Part shown: positions 37,645 through 52,139 of the stretch, one piece after another | Layout of the letters: each line of letters begins with the position of its first letter | Numbering within the stretch: the stretch's first letter is position 1 | From: Hemiscyllium ocellatum | Taxonomy: Eukaryota | NCBI RefSeq assembly: GCF_020745735.1 | Contig: NC_083424.1 | Location: forward strand, 48,656,999-48,720,998 | Length of the DNA stretch: 64,000 bases | Direction of reading: 5' to 3' | Notes under the pieces: model-generated | The model's input: the letters and a program-made list of their open reading frames with translations, nothing else | Databases searched by the model: none | What the model was told of the DNA's origin: nothing | Program-made: the position numbers and the translations under genes

Positions 37645-38881
37645 AAACATTTTTGATGCGTGGCTTTTACAACGGGCCACATTTAATAGTCATAATCATG
37701 AGAATACTTTTGTGTATTGAGAAAAAAAATTAAAGTAACAGTGAACATTGATGTCGTCTGAAACATGACCTTCGGACAATCAATGCAATCAAAGTTAATA
37801 AATGACTCCTGAGCAGCAATGCATACCATCTACAAGATGTACTGTAGATATTCACAAGGCTCCATATGCATTAATTTCGAAACCCTCCACCAATGATACT
37901 AATAAAGACAAGAACAGCAAGGGAATACCAGCACTTGTAAGATCCCCTCCAAGACACTCACAATCCTGACTTGGAAATATACCACCGTTCCTTGATTGCC
38001 ACTGGGTTAATACTCTGGATCTCCCTCCTTAAGCATGTCACGAGACATAGCAAGAGAACTGCAGCGGTTCAAAAGGCCGTTCACCACCACCTTGTCAGGG
38101 GCAACTAGGAAAGGCCAATAAATGCTTGCCAGCTAGAGACAACACATGTCTCACCGAGTTCACAAAAAGTACTTCAGAAGAGCAGACTCCGCTGTAAAGT
38201 AAGAATGCGGCAGGCCAGTTGAACACAGTAAGGATCACTAAACAACCATATTGTAATGAGCAGTTTGTTTTGTCGTTGTTGATTGGCAGATAGATTTTAC
38301 CAGTGCAGATATGAACTTACTATTTGCAAATTAAAGTTAGATCGGGGATATTAATATCTAAGGTAGATGTAATCGGTTAAAATGACAGAAGTTAATTGTT
38401 GGAAAATATTTTCTTTTAGTGAAATATTATCTTTTGACACTCTGGTACCAAAAGATGTATTTGATTCTGGTACCTCAAATGCTTTAGGACAGCCCTGTGC
38501 AATGTACCAGGGTATTCTCGACAACAGGCGAAAGTGAGGACCGCAGTTGCTGAAGATCAGAGTCTGGATTAGTGTGGTGCTGGAAAAGCATGGCAGGTCA
38601 GGCAGCATCCAAGGAGCAGGAAAATCAACGTTTCCGGCAAAAGCACTTCATCCGGAATGCTAACTCTGATTTCTTCTCACAGATGCTGCCAGATCTGCTG
38701 TGTTTTTCCAGCAATTTCTGCTTTTGTTCCATTTCGATTCCAGTGCTGAAGAAGGATGATAGGACTTGAAACGTTAGCCCTGTTTTGTCTCCAGAGATCT
38801 ATCAGTCTTTCTGTGCTTCTCAGGCAATTTCTGCTTTAGTTTGTGTCAGATTTTCAGCATTCACACTTCATTCCTTTCGAC

Positions 38882-40995
38882 AATAAGACCAAAAGTCTTA
38901 TGAGCAGAAATTAGCCCATTCAGCCCATCGAGTCTGCTCCACAATTCAATCATGGTTGATAAGTTTCTCAACCCCATTCCCCCGCTTTCTCCCTGTAACC
39001 CTTGATCCCCTTAACAATCAATAACCTATCTATCTCACTCTTAAATATACTTAATGATTTGGCCTCCACAGTCTTCTGTGGACATAAATTCCATAGATTC
39101 GCCAATCTCTTGCTGAAGACATTTATCCTTATCACAATTCTAAATGGTCTTTCCTTTACTCCATGGCTGTGCCCTTAGGTCCTAGTTTTTCCTACCAATG
39201 GAAACATCTTCTCAACATCTACTCTGTCTAGGACATTCAGTGTTTTTTATGTCTCGATTAGTCCTCTCTTCATCCTTCTAGACTCCATTGAGTATAAACT
39301 CAGAATCCTCAAATGTTTCTCATATGCTAAACTGTTCATTCCTGGGACAATTCTCATGAAGCTTCTCTGAACGAACTCCAGAGGAATACCTCCTTCCTGA
39401 GAAATGGGGCCGAAAATTGCGCCTTATAGAGCCTATGAAGTACACCCCTGTTTTTACATTCAAGTTGTCTCAAAATAAATGCCATCATTGTATTTGCCTT
39501 CTGATCTACTGACTCAACCTGCAAATTTACCTTGAGAGAATCCTGGACTAGAACTCCCAAGTATCTTTGCACTTGAGACTTCTGAATTTCCTCCCCATTT
39601 AGAAAATAGTCCACGCCTGTATTCTTCTTCCCGAAGAGCATTACCTCACATTTTCCCACGTTGTACTCCATTTGCCATTTCTTTGCTCACTCTCCTAACC
39701 TATCTAAATACTTCTGTGGCCTCCCCACCTCTTTAATGTTACCTCTCCCTATATCTACCTTTGCATAATCTGAAATCTTAACCACAACGCTCTCAGTTGC
39801 TTTATCTAGATTATTAATGTATAAAGTGACAAGTTGTGATCCCAACACTGAGCCTTGCAGAACATGCATTGTCATTGGCTGTCATCCTGAGAAAGAGCCA
39901 TTTCTCCCCACTCTCTGCTTCCTGCCAGACGGCCAAGCTTCCTTTAATATCATGAGCCCTTATCTCAGTAGTCTCCTGTGCAACACCTTATCAAAGGCTT
40001 TCTTGAAGTCCTGGTAGATGCCATCCATTGGCTTTCATTGGGCTAATTTCTTCATTACTTCCTCAACGATTTGTTAGGCATGACCTCCCTTTGATGAAAG
40101 CATGTTGATGCTGCCGCATTTTGCCACATATTTCCAAATATTCAGAAATCTCATGCTTCACAATGGATTCCATGATCTTACCCAAAACCAATGTTAGACT
40201 AATTAATCTTTAATTTTCCATCTTTTGCCTTACTCTACTTTTAGACAGGAATATCACCTTAATGATTTTCCAGGTTTCTGGGACTCGCACTGATTCTAGT
40301 GATCCCTGAAAGATCATCAATCACACTACCATTATCTCTTCAGTTATCTCCCCCAGAATTCTGGCGTGCTGTCCACCTGGTCCAGATGTTTTATCCACCT
40401 TCAGGCCATTCAGTTTTTCTAGCACCTTCTCCTCGGCTCTTCCCGCTCTCTCGCTTGAATTTTTGGAATATTATTAGCGTCTTACACCGTGGAGACTGCC
40501 ACAAAGTAATTGTTCAGTTACTTTGTCATTTCCTTGTTAACCACAATATCTCTCGAACGTCATTTTCTAGCGGTCCAATGTCCTCTTTTGCCTCTCCTTT
40601 GCCCTTTATACATCTAAGGAAACTCTTACAGTCTTCCCTTATATTACTGGTTAGGTTACCCTCATATTTAATCTTCTCTCTCCTTTTGTTTTGCTGCCCT
40701 CTTGCTGGCCTTTGTCATCTTCCCAATTATTTGGTTTCCCAATGCCCTTCACCTCGTTATGTCCTCTCCCATTTGCTTTCATGCTATCCCTGTCGTCCTT
40801 TGTCAGCCATGGTTACCTCATTCTCGTTGTACCATGCTTCTTTTCCCTCGGGATGAATTTCTGCTGTGTTTCTTGAATTACTCCCAGAAACTCCTGCCAT
40901 TGCTGTTCCAATGTCTTTCCTGCTCGGTCCCTCTCCCAGTCTATTCTACACAACCGCTCCCTCATGCCTCTGTTGTTAACTTTATTCCGCTATAA
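38882..40995 (-). mobile_element. CR1 LINE 3' portion, more degraded
   Basis: VLQGSVLG, EYNVGKCEVM, same tail type as 35822-37644. Confidence 0.8.
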
Positions 40996-43529
40996 TACAT
41001 TTCTGTGAATGTGAGTGACTCCACATAAGGAGTGCAGACTTTTGTGTACAAGTTTGCTGCTCTAAAAGTGATTGAAAGTTGCCTGACTCTGTGATGGATA
41101 TCCTATCAGTCGACTAAATGTAAAAAAAAATAGAAGACGGAGTTCAATGGGAAAAAAAAGCATGACTTATCCATTTTGAACCTAATAGTAATGTAAACTA
41201 AACATTTACTTAATGTTGTGTCATGAGGAGCTGTGCACTAATGAATAGATATAATTGTCCATGAAACAAAAACGCTGAAATAAGGTGTATGCATGAAAAT
41301 AGTGTGAATGCATTGCTGATGTTGATCGCAAGAGGATTGGAAAAATGTATGTAGAAATACTACATCCCCAACACAGAAACTTAATCAGACCATATCTGGA
41401 ATTACACCTTCAGAATTCGGCAACAACATGTTTTGACTTGTGAAAGGGTAGAGCACAAATTTTTCTTGATTATACTTTTATTTTGAGTGTTAAATTGTGC
41501 GCAAAGATTTTGGAAGACTATTAATTTAGATGACTGTTTATATCAAAGTATTGCAAAGACATTTTTGTTTTATCCTTCCGTTTTAGAATGAAGGAGTAAT
41601 CTATTTAAGTACTTCAAATAATCAATGAATGTCAGACATAAAATGTCTACCTCAAGTCGGATGTAAACCATTAAAATATATGTATTTTTAAGTTGCTGTT
41701 AGGTCATCAAAGATAACTAATTATAGGACATTTTCAAAAGGTCATTTGATATATCTATTGAAGGAGAAAACGTGAAGAAATATAGATGAAATAAAAAATG
41801 AGAAGTCAGGATCAAATATGCTTTGATTAACCAGCGAAAGCAAACTGCCTATTTGCATGCTATTTTTTTCGGTGCAATTGTTAGCAGTGAGAAACTATCA
41901 ATACACCAGAATATGGTTGCACTGTATTCACTGCCAATAATATGTATTGATCTAATTTTAAATGCAGGTGGATGCAAAGTTTGAGAGGCATTTTCAATCA
42001 CAATTATTCTGTCCGCTTTTGAAAACAAAACTGCTAATACATAAATCAGACTTTTTTTGCAGCCCACAAGCCACTCTCCGTTGTTGCAGTAGTAGCCAAG
42101 AATTTAATCAGACCAACATGAGACCACTTCTGAAGTACAGCATTTACAGTTGTGGTCTCATTGCTTACGGAAAGATACACATGATTTACAGGAACTAAGA
42201 TGAAGATGCAAAATACTTATTCTCCTTGAAAGAAGAGTGATGTAGAAATTGAATAAAATGGCCCAGCTTCCTAGCATTATAATAATGAGAGATGATCGCA
42301 CCGAAGTACGTAAAATTCTCAAGTTGCTTGAAAGGTAGATGGCATGATGATGCCTTAGGTGACAGCTGGATCTAGAAAAACGAGGGCGGAACCTAGTCAT
42401 GTATAATCGGTATGATGATATAGTTATTCATCCGACAGCTTTGAATCTTTGGATGTTTACCCAACAGTGATAGGAATATTTAGAACTTCACGTACATTCA
42501 AAACAGAAGTTTTGTATCCAAAAGGATTCATGAGATTTGGGATAGGAATGAAAATAGAATTGAGTCAAAGAATATCATTATCATATTCAAACGTAGACCA
42601 GTCTCGAGGTTTTGAATTGCCCACTTCTATTCATTCTTATTTCTCATGTTAATTTTAAATTGAAATGAATCAGTCCTTTCTCGCTGTCAGCTGGTGCCAT
42701 TGTTGATCAGTTTTAATTAAACAGCAGAAAGCATCTCTTACAGTTAAGGGCTGGTCCAAGGTTACACTTGCGAAAATAAACTCAACATAAGACTGGCAAA
42801 CATGCCTTTTAGGATGGATTCAGTCACGTTTCCAAAACGACACCATTTTCAGCTACAGGCATTGAGTCAGCATTTCTTTTTCATCAACATGTGAAAATTG
42901 AATCAGATTTAGTGTTACAGATGTTCTGAATATTAATTCTGACTTGAATTCTATTAAGTTAGGGGTCAGCCCATAAGAGTGACGCACTGTGAAGCAAAAC
43001 ACTTCAAAAGAGTAGTTTTTGCAATAAATAATTTAATATTTTCCACATCACATTGTTCGTACTGGTGTTTCCCTCTTTATGAAGCCGAATGATGTTGCTG
43101 GGACTGAATGACAATTAATTTTCAGTGCTCGACAGAATGCACATCATTACATAAACATAAAACAAAGAACTGTGGATGTTGAAAATCTGAAACAAAAGAA
43201 TGCTGAGGAAACTCAGCACGTCCAACAGATCTGTGGAGAGAAATCAGGGTTAACTTTTCAGATTCTTTAGTTCTCCACTCCAATTATCTTAGCAGTAATG
43301 TCGTCTCTGCTTTTATTGATATTTGTCTTCCATGGCAAACACAGAAACAAAGTATGGCTTAACTATTTTAATTGTATTCTGCGCCTCTGATGGTGTATTC
43401 TGACACAGTGGCAGTGTCACAACCTCTGGGTCAGAAGTTTCCGGCTCAAGTTCAAAAGACCCTGGAGTGTTTCATAAAATGGCTAAACAGGTTGATTAAA
43501 ATACATTCATTAGTAATATGTTACATCCT

Positions 43530-44990
43530 GTCATCTTTCCTGATGGCCAGGAAAATTCCACTGGAATAGAGGATAGGTAAATTAATTCCACTATTGAAAA
43601 AGACGTAGAAAGGAACAGAGGTTTAAAGACTGAATGGCCTAGCATTGGTGGTGGGAACATTTTTAGAGCGCATTATCAGATATTTAACACCAGAGGACTT
43701 GGAAAATAGGTGAAGTACCAGAAAGAGTAAACGTGAATTTACGAAAGGGAAACCATGCCTCAAAAATCTTTTGGGAGTTTTTGAGAATGTAACTAATAAT
43801 GTTGATTTGGTTTGGAGGTAGGCAACTGATATTGAACTTTCAGTAATATTTTGATAAGGTTCCAGAGAAAAGATAAACATATAAAGCAAATGTGCTTGGG
43901 ATTGGGTTAGTGTACTGACGTGGATAGAGAGCTGGTCAGCAGGCATAAAGCAAAGAGGAATAAGTCGGCTATTTCCTGAGTGGCAAGCAGTAACTACGAG
44001 TCTACCATAGGGATCAGTGCCCATTCGCCAGCTCTATCCGCAATTTAAGCATGATTTAAATCAGAGAAATGAAGGTAATCTCCAGAGGTTCACAGATGAC
44101 ACAAATCTGTGTGGGAGGATCAATGTCAGGAGGTTGCCAAGATGCTTCGAAACAACATGAACAGGTTGCGTCTGTGGGAAAATGTATGGCAGGTAACGTT
44201 TATTGTGGATAAATGTGAGGCTATCCACTTTTGTAACAAAAACAGGAAGGCAAACTATTACCTAATCGGCTACAGAATTTAAAAGGAGGAAGGTGCACAA
44301 TACCTGGACGCTTTTGTACACAGTCACTGAAAAGAAGAATGCAGATGTGGCAGGTAGTGAAGAAGGCAAATAGAAGTTGGCCTTCATAGCAACAGGGTTG
44401 GAGTACAGGAGCATGGACGTTTTGCTGCCAGTGTACGGGGCCTTGATAAGACCATAACTGGAGTAGTGTGTACAGTTGCTTTCTCCTTATCTGAGGAAGG
44501 ATGTACTGACTATTGGTGGAGAGGATGAAGGTTTACCAGTCGGAGTCCTGAGACAGCAGGACTGCTGCTTGAAGAGAATGGATCAGTTAGGACGATATTG
44601 ACTGGAAGTGGGAGAAATGAGGCAGGATCTCATCCAAACATATAAATTTTTAACGGGAATAAAAATTGAACACAGAAAAGATGTTCTCGATATCTGGGGA
44701 GTCCAGTACCATGGGGTACAGCTTTTGGACATGGAAACGGTCATTTAGAATGGAGGACTAAATAAATTGCTTCATCTAGAGAATGATGAGCCTGTTGAAT
44801 TCTCTCCCACAGAAAGCAGTTGAAGTCTATTAAATAAATGATGTCAAGAGGAGATAGATCTCGCTCTTTGTGAAGTTGATAGTTCTTAAAGGGATCTGAC
44901 TGCATGGAGAAGAAGTGAGAATATGGTGCTAAGATGGTTGATAAGCCATGATCAGATTGAATGGTAGGGCAGTTTCGAAGAACTTACACC
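43530..44990 (+). mobile_element. CR1 LINE 3' portion, degraded
   Basis: ttcacagatgacacaaa (F.DDT), gataaatgtgagg, ggagtacaggagc RT-region sequence, CR1-type 3' end. Confidence 0.7.
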
Positions 44991-45232
44991 TGTTCCTATT
45001 TTCAATTATTTATGTCAATTATTATTTGCACGGGGTAGAGTGATTCTATTTTATATCAAAGGCCATTCTATTCTCATATCCACTCCTTGCCTGCCTTACT
45101 ACACTTTTCATCTCTATTCTTAGCTTGCTGTATTTGACATGATGTTAGTTTGAAGACTTAAATGACTGTATTCTGCATTCCCTTTTAATCTACCTGTGGA
45201 AGCTAATGCTGCGTTCTAATTTCTCCCTCCAG

Positions 45233-45650
45233 GTAAAGATATTGACCCTAAAGTCCTTTATGTATTGATTAATAACGGTATTAGATTTAAGGCCAATAGA
45301 ATTGGCCTCTTGCACTGATGCAAATGTTTGCTCGAATAGTATTTCAAATTTTAGCAATCATTTTAACTGATATAAAGTGAATATGTTTTTAAATGATTCT
45401 ATTAAGACCAGCAAATGATTGCTGTTGAAATGAATTTTATTAATCAATTTATTTACACTTGGAAGAGAAATATATGCTCGCTGGTTACCAGAGTAAATGT
45501 TGCGAAGTCCGAAGTCCCGAATGCCTATTTGCTTCTTGTAGAATGGTCATCGATGCTTTCAGTAAGAAATACCAAATAATTCCCAGAAATGAACTGATTA
45601 AAACTAAGTTCAGAACCCAAGAAGGCACTCCTGAAATTATCAATGCTGAC
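45233..45650 (+). pseudogene. Highly decayed light-chain C exon plus 3' UTR relic
   Basis: ttctaatttctccctccAG acceptor at 45231-45232; DSIKTSK (cf. DNVETSR), IYTW (cf. LYSC), VAKSE..CL (cf. IARSNCI); exact 12-mer AAAACTAAGTTC (45600-45611 = 17184-17195) and 16-mer CCTGAAATTATCAATG (45630-45645 = 17302-17317) shared in order with the cluster A 3' UTR; stops and indels throughout. Confidence 0.55.
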
Positions 45651-48640
45651 GCAATTGCTGCCGTATATTTATGTGTCAACTGCTACTGCACTATTCTGTG
45701 CAAGGGGCACATTTTCTTTGCAAAATGTTTTTCTTTATGAAAATAACAAACTAAAATTGTTGCATTTTAAATCACAGTGAAGCAATTTAAATCGGGCACG
45801 TTGACTGAAAACTCGCTATAATTCCTACAAATATACTTCGATTTATCTGAAAATGTACGTGACCTTCATTCCCTGCCACTTTCAAATACTCCCGACCTGA
45901 TCTAAAACGTGCATTTTCCCTAACTGTACAGAACACTCTCTGAATATAGAATATTCTTGCTGACATGCATTGGTAAACTAATTTTGGACTAAATGGAACA
46001 CTAACCTACATGTAGGATGTAAAATTTACTCCTGGCACATGGCTCATGATACTCATGAGTGAAGAATTTGAATTTATATGAAGCATTACTCTGAGGACTG
46101 ATTCTGGAAAATGTACTGCAAAGACTATTTTGTGAGGATTAGGGTTCTCAAGCCTGTTCAAACTGCTGGATCAGATAACTTTATACAATTGTGTTGAAGG
46201 GATTGGAAAGAATATTAGCACAGAAGATCACTGCGGATGCCGGAAATCACGAACTGGAATTGTAAAATTCACATTTCTAATTTTGCACACTAAAACTATT
46301 CCGGTTATTATGTGATTAGTTAAAATCCCCTGACACTACTGCCTTATTATTCTGACAAGGTCAGAAGTAACTCGATACCAGATTGTAGCCCAACATGTTT
46401 ATTTGAATTCACAAGCTTTCGGAGCAGTGCTCCTTGATCAGGTGCCTGTTAACTCCCATTACTCAAGAATCCCCAACTCGTATTACCTTTCTATAGTTCA
46501 TCGCCCCTGATCAGTTGCAAACGAAGAGAGCATTGAAATAACATTGACCAAGATGTCAGAACGTCCAGGTTCGCCATGGAAAATGGTAAGAAGCAATGGA
46601 GAGAAAAGAATTAATTGTTGAAAAGCAAATTTCAGTGAGTTGAGAAGGCTTTAGACTTTGATAAATTGGAATTCGATGGCACAAGATAAGTATGGATAGG
46701 AAATGCAGAGTCACTGTCCATAAACGTGTGTACCTCATTTGGTGTAGTGTTTGTCAGAGGATGGGAGAATTGAAAAGTTAGTCGAAAAAAGGTGTGCGGA
46801 TAAGTCTAGTAACGACAGATCAGAGATTAACCTCAATTTGAAAAGGTTGTTGAAACACTAAAGTAGCATGATAGTGACAGTTACTTGAATAGATTTAGAT
46901 TAATTAAGTAGGACAAGCAGTGGTCTTTTAGTAGACCTGGTAAACTAACTTTGTTGTTTTTGTTTACTAGTTTATATAGTGTTGTGTGGCGCTCATGAAA
47001 TTTAAAATAACGTTCCATGAAGAGACTCACATAAGAGATTTGTTCACAAACCTAACACTCATGGAATGGAAATTTGGTTAATCAAAGTTCGTTAAGTAAG
47101 AACAGAGAGAATCGTGGGATTGGTTGGACGTAAGGATGGCCGAGAGGTCATTAGTTGGATCATTGCATCGGTTGATCACTGTCATTGGCCTGAACATGGG
47201 GGCATAATTGAACATTTAGAGGTGCGACAAAACGCTGAGGTGTTTGGAATTGTGAAAAGTATATGATAGATTTCAAGAAATTAGGTTTTTCCAGAAAATA
47301 GTTGACAATGGCAAGTAACATTCGTGCCGTGCAAAGTCTAAGCAATGATGATTTCCAGAAGGAGGGAGTCTAAAATTCGCCCTTTGACATTCAATGGTAT
47401 TGCCATTACTGCATCACTCACTATTAACATCGCGTAGATTTTCTGGATTAATGATGTTAATACTGTGGCTTCAACGATGCTATGAATCCTGCATCCAGTG
47501 ACTCATCACATAACTACCCAAAGCATGTTTGTTACCCACAAGACACAAATCACGTGTGTGGGGGAAAGCTATCCCTTTGGCTGGAGAATTTCAGGTATTG
47601 GAAAATGAAGAACATGAAAGCTTGGGAAGGATTAAAGTATGAATACCACTGGTGATCTGTTGCAAGGGGTCTGTCGAATGCTACACTAGTCAAAGGACCA
47701 CTGTGGCAGGATGGGATAAGGATAGTGGAATGTTCCTACACCAATTAGCAGAGTACGGTTGGGGCTGAAAAGTCATTATGGCGGGATGAGATAACAACAA
47801 TTAGTAAAGTCTGCCTCGCCTGCTAAATGTCATCATGGCAGGTTGGGACAGATCATGACAATATTTATTTAGGACATGGCATTAAATATTTCATTAATAG
47901 TTAGTTGAGTCAGCCTGCTTGAGACCCTTGACAGTAAAATATCTAATCCTGACATTAGAACAATATTAAGTAGAATGTAGGAAAAACTATAGTGGCAGAA
48001 GTAGAGCAACTGTGGTTTACTGTGTAGCTGGAGTGAGATAATTCTGACTAACACTGATGCTGATATGCTAAAAAAAAATTTTTCAAAAATGTTTTAAAGA
48101 GCCAAAGACCCTGAGGTTTGGGGGCATTCAAGAATTTGCTTTCTGAGTGTCATGGTCTTTTGTTTGCAAATAATAGGCCTACTCCTTGAAGAACTCTCCG
48201 CGTCTTCCGATGATTCTCTACATTTTGTCCACGGCAAGTTCCAGCATCACTCAAGCAGGTCGACACCAACCAAAACAAACAACCCGCTCAACTGCCACCA
48301 TATCCTCAAATATGCACTCCCTGTATGATTGAAGCGCAGTTACGTTTAGATAGTATCTTCCAAACCGACAACCACTTGCTCTAGAAACAGAAGGATAGCA
48401 GGCACACCAACACATCAACAAATGAAAGCTTCCTCCTGAACCACCCACAATCCTGACCGAGGAATATTTTACCTTTGTTTCACTGTTACTAAGTTGAAAG
48501 CCTGGAATTTCCCTGCCAACACATCGTAGATGTAATTCACACTTGGACTGTAGGTGTTCAAGATGCCAACTCCCCACTACCTTCTCAAAGGCAATGAGGT
48601 ATAGTCAATAAATGCCAGTCAGCAACATGCACATACTAGA

Positions 48641-49898
48641 TTAGAGTGGTGCTGGAAAAGCACAGCAAGTCAGACAGCATCCGAGGCGAAGGAAAATCAA
48701 CGTTTTGGGGAAAAGCCCTTCAGCTGGAATGAAGTCAGGAGAGATAAATGGTGGTGGGAGTGGGTGGTGCTGGGGCTGGGGAGAAAGTAGCAAAGAGTGC
48801 AATAGGTAAATTGTGGTGGGGATGGAGGTGATAGGTCAGGGAAGAGGGTGGGGGAAGGTAGCAAAGAGTACAATGGGTGTATGGAGGTGGGTATGAAGGC
48901 GATAGGTCAGAGAGCAGGGTGGAACAGACAGGTGGGAAGGGAGATTGGCAGGTAGGGCAGATCATGAGGACAGTGCTGAGCTGGAAGTTTGGAAATGGGG
49001 TAAGGTGGAGTGAGGGGAAATGAGGAAACTGGTCCACACTGATGCCCTGTGGTTGAAGTGTTCCAAGGTGGTAGATGAGGTGTTCTTCCTCCAGGTGTCG
49101 GGTGGTGAGGGAGGGGTGGCGGAGGAGGCCCAGGACTTGCATGTCCCTGGCAGAGTGGGAGGCGGCAATGAAATGTTAGCCCACAGGGAGATGGGTTGAT
49201 TGATGCGGGTGTCCTGGAGATGTTCCCCAAAGCACTCTGTGAGGAGGCAATGTAGGGGAGACTGTGTCAGGAGAAACGGATACAATAAATGACATTGGTG
49301 GATGTACAGGTGAAATTCTGATGGATGTGAAAGGCTCCTTTGGGGCCTTGGCTGGAGGTGAGGGAGGAGGTGAGGGCGCAGGTTAGCAGTTCCTGCTGTG
49401 GCAGGGGAAGGTGCCAGGACAGAAGGGTGGGTTGGTTGGGGCGCGTGAACCTAACCAGGTAGTTTTTTTTGCGGAATGTGGAAAGGGGTGGTGAGGGAAA
49501 TATGTCTCTGGTGGTGGGGTCCGTTTGGAGGTGACGGAAATATCAACGGATGATGTGGTTTATGCAAAGGTTGGTAAGTTGAAAGGTGAGGACCAGGGGG
49601 TGCTGTCCTTTTTACGGTTAGAGAAGCGGGGTTTGAGGGCAGAGGTGCGGGATGTGGATGAGATGCATTGGAGGACATCTTCAACCATGCGGTCTCTAAA
49701 GTTGGAGGCCATCTGGTATGTTCTGTGGTGGAACTGGTCCTCCTGTGAGCAGATGTGGCAGAGGCAGAGGAATTGGGAATAATGGATGGCATTTTTGCAG
49801 GAGGTATGGTGGGAAGAAGTGGAATCCAGGTAGCTGTGGGAGTCAGTGGGTTTGTAAAAAATGTCAGTGTCAAGTCAGTCATCATAAATGGAGATGCA
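48641..49898 (-). mobile_element. Penelope-like fragment, duplicated copy of 51-1325
   Basis: Same motifs (LGLLRHPSLTTRHLEEEHLIYHLGTLQPQG); part of the segmental duplication. Confidence 0.8.
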
Positions 49899-52139
49899 GA
49901 GGTTCAGGATAGCGTCTTTCCCCACTGGTTACATCCCCTTTCACCTCACTGAAATTGACACTGACAATTCTTGCCTTTTGTCCTTTGCCATTTTTCACAA
50001 ATAAACAAAATATGATAGTATGATTAATGATCCTTTAAAGGTCCCCTTATTCCTCAAAATAAGGTATTGCATGGCTCCTCTTCCGTTGCCCACAGGTGCA
50101 GGCTGGTGTAATTGGCAAACGCGTGGCAAGTGTAAATTGAGAGAAAAATGTCAACTGGGGTACTCTAGTAGCAAAAAGAAAGAAGGCCCACGGAGGAGCA
50201 GATCTACCTGGTGGAGCATGTAGGCAACTCGTTGAAGGCAGAAGAGCAGTGTGGGAAAGTAATTATTAAACTACAGGGCATAGGTTTGGGGTGAGAAGGG
50301 AAAGATTTAAAAGGGTCCTAATTGGCAATTTTGTCATGTAGAGTGTGGTTCGTGTACCAAAAGAGCTGGCAGAGGAAGTGTGGAGGCTGGGGCAATTATA
50401 ACATTTTAAGCACATCTGAATGGGTATTTGAATAGGAAGGGTTTCGGGGGATATTGTTCAAGTGCCGACAAAGGGGATTAGATTCACTCAGGATATCTGG
50501 ACGACTTTGACCGAAAGGTCTGTTTCCATGCTGCACATCTCTATGACTAGAAGACACAAATGTTACTAACAAGGGCTCCATGGACAGATGCACAAAGTAA
50601 AAACATAGAGGTGTCACAGCGAATTTTCAAAAAACAGAACTTCATGCTCAACTAACATTGTGTCCAGTTCTGAGTACCACGACATTGGAAGAATCTCAAT
50701 TCACTCTGGATTGCACAGAAAACTTTATATGAATGGTTCTAGTGACGTGTGACTTCTGTTACGTGAATGGATTTAAGAAGCTGGGGATTTTCAATGAATA
50801 GACAAATTTCAAAGGAGATTGCTTTGACGTATTCGAAATGATGAGGAAATCGAACGGGTAGCTATGGTGAAATATTGCTGCCATGACTTGAAATCTGAAA
50901 TACTATTTTTAATGTGAATTGAAAAGAAGGAAAGGTGGCATGAGAAACACTGTATTTTAATCGATGACTTATTAAGATATCTGCTGCAATGTTTGATATT
51001 GTGATCGATACAAATTTAATCCTGGATCTCAAGAGGGAATTAGGTAACTTTTAAAGAGATGTATTTGCAAGGCTACTGGGCAAGAATGGTGCAGTCAATC
51101 CTCGCCGAGTTATTCTTGTGGACGACCTGATGGATACAATGGTCCAAATGGCCTTGTTCTGTTTTGTTATTATTCAATGATACTCGAACATCATTGACAT
51201 TGACCTGGACCCAGTTAGACATACAACAAATGTTATGTATGCACAGAGACCAGGAAGGGGATTTTGTGGGACGAAATACAAATGAAGAACGCCTATGGCA
51301 CAAGCAGGTAAATGTAAACTGACCAAGAGAAAGAAATTGATCCACGGCAGCTGTATATGGCAGCTGTAAAGTTAGGGAGGCTCGGTGGCTAGCACTATTG
51401 TCTCAGAGTGCCAGGGACACAGGTTAGATTCCAATCTTGGGCGACAGTTTGGAGGTTTAGCATTCTTCCAATGTCTGTGTGGCTTTCTTCCGTGTGCTCT
51501 AAAGATGTGCAGGCTCAGTGGATTAGCCACGGCAAATATAAGGTTGCAAGGATAGTGTGGAATGCTCTACTGAGGGTTGGTGTGGACTTGATGGGACGAA
51601 TGGACCGTTTCCACACTAATGGGATTCTAAGATTCCACATATGGTCATACAATACAATATAGATGAAGCCGTTGGGCTTAGCAAGTCGACATCACCAAAA
51701 ATAAAGTAATACATCAACTCCTCCTCATCACCTGCACAAGTTCATGTGCTTTAATGTTATGATGATTCATCTGTGTAATTCAAGGTAGAGGGCAGGAAAA
51801 AGTTGTGGTTATGAGAGTTGTTCCTTTTTTGAGGTATTTTATGCATTGGAAGTGATTTCTTGGAATTCCTGGTGCAGCAACTACTGTTCTTTATGCTGTT
51901 GCATTGTTTTGAAACGTTGCAGGACAAAAGATCAAAGCAACGGCACTTTAAAAAGGAGGAAGACAGACAAAGCCATCATCTGGCCACATCATCAGAGAAA
52001 GAAACCTATACTGCTATCTGACACAGCAGTGAATCTGCATAGTTACTGTCTTTGCTGCTTGAGTTCAAGTATCTCTGGACATTGGAGTGCATCCAGGAAA
52101 CATTAACATACAGCAAAATTCACAGCTGATTAGGGAGGA

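Noticed and set aside
41962-42198. ORF with ATLRC and YSC as the missing C exon of the dead cluster
   Set aside because: Cys spacing far too short, no Trp and no UTR similarity; 45233-45650 is the better candidate
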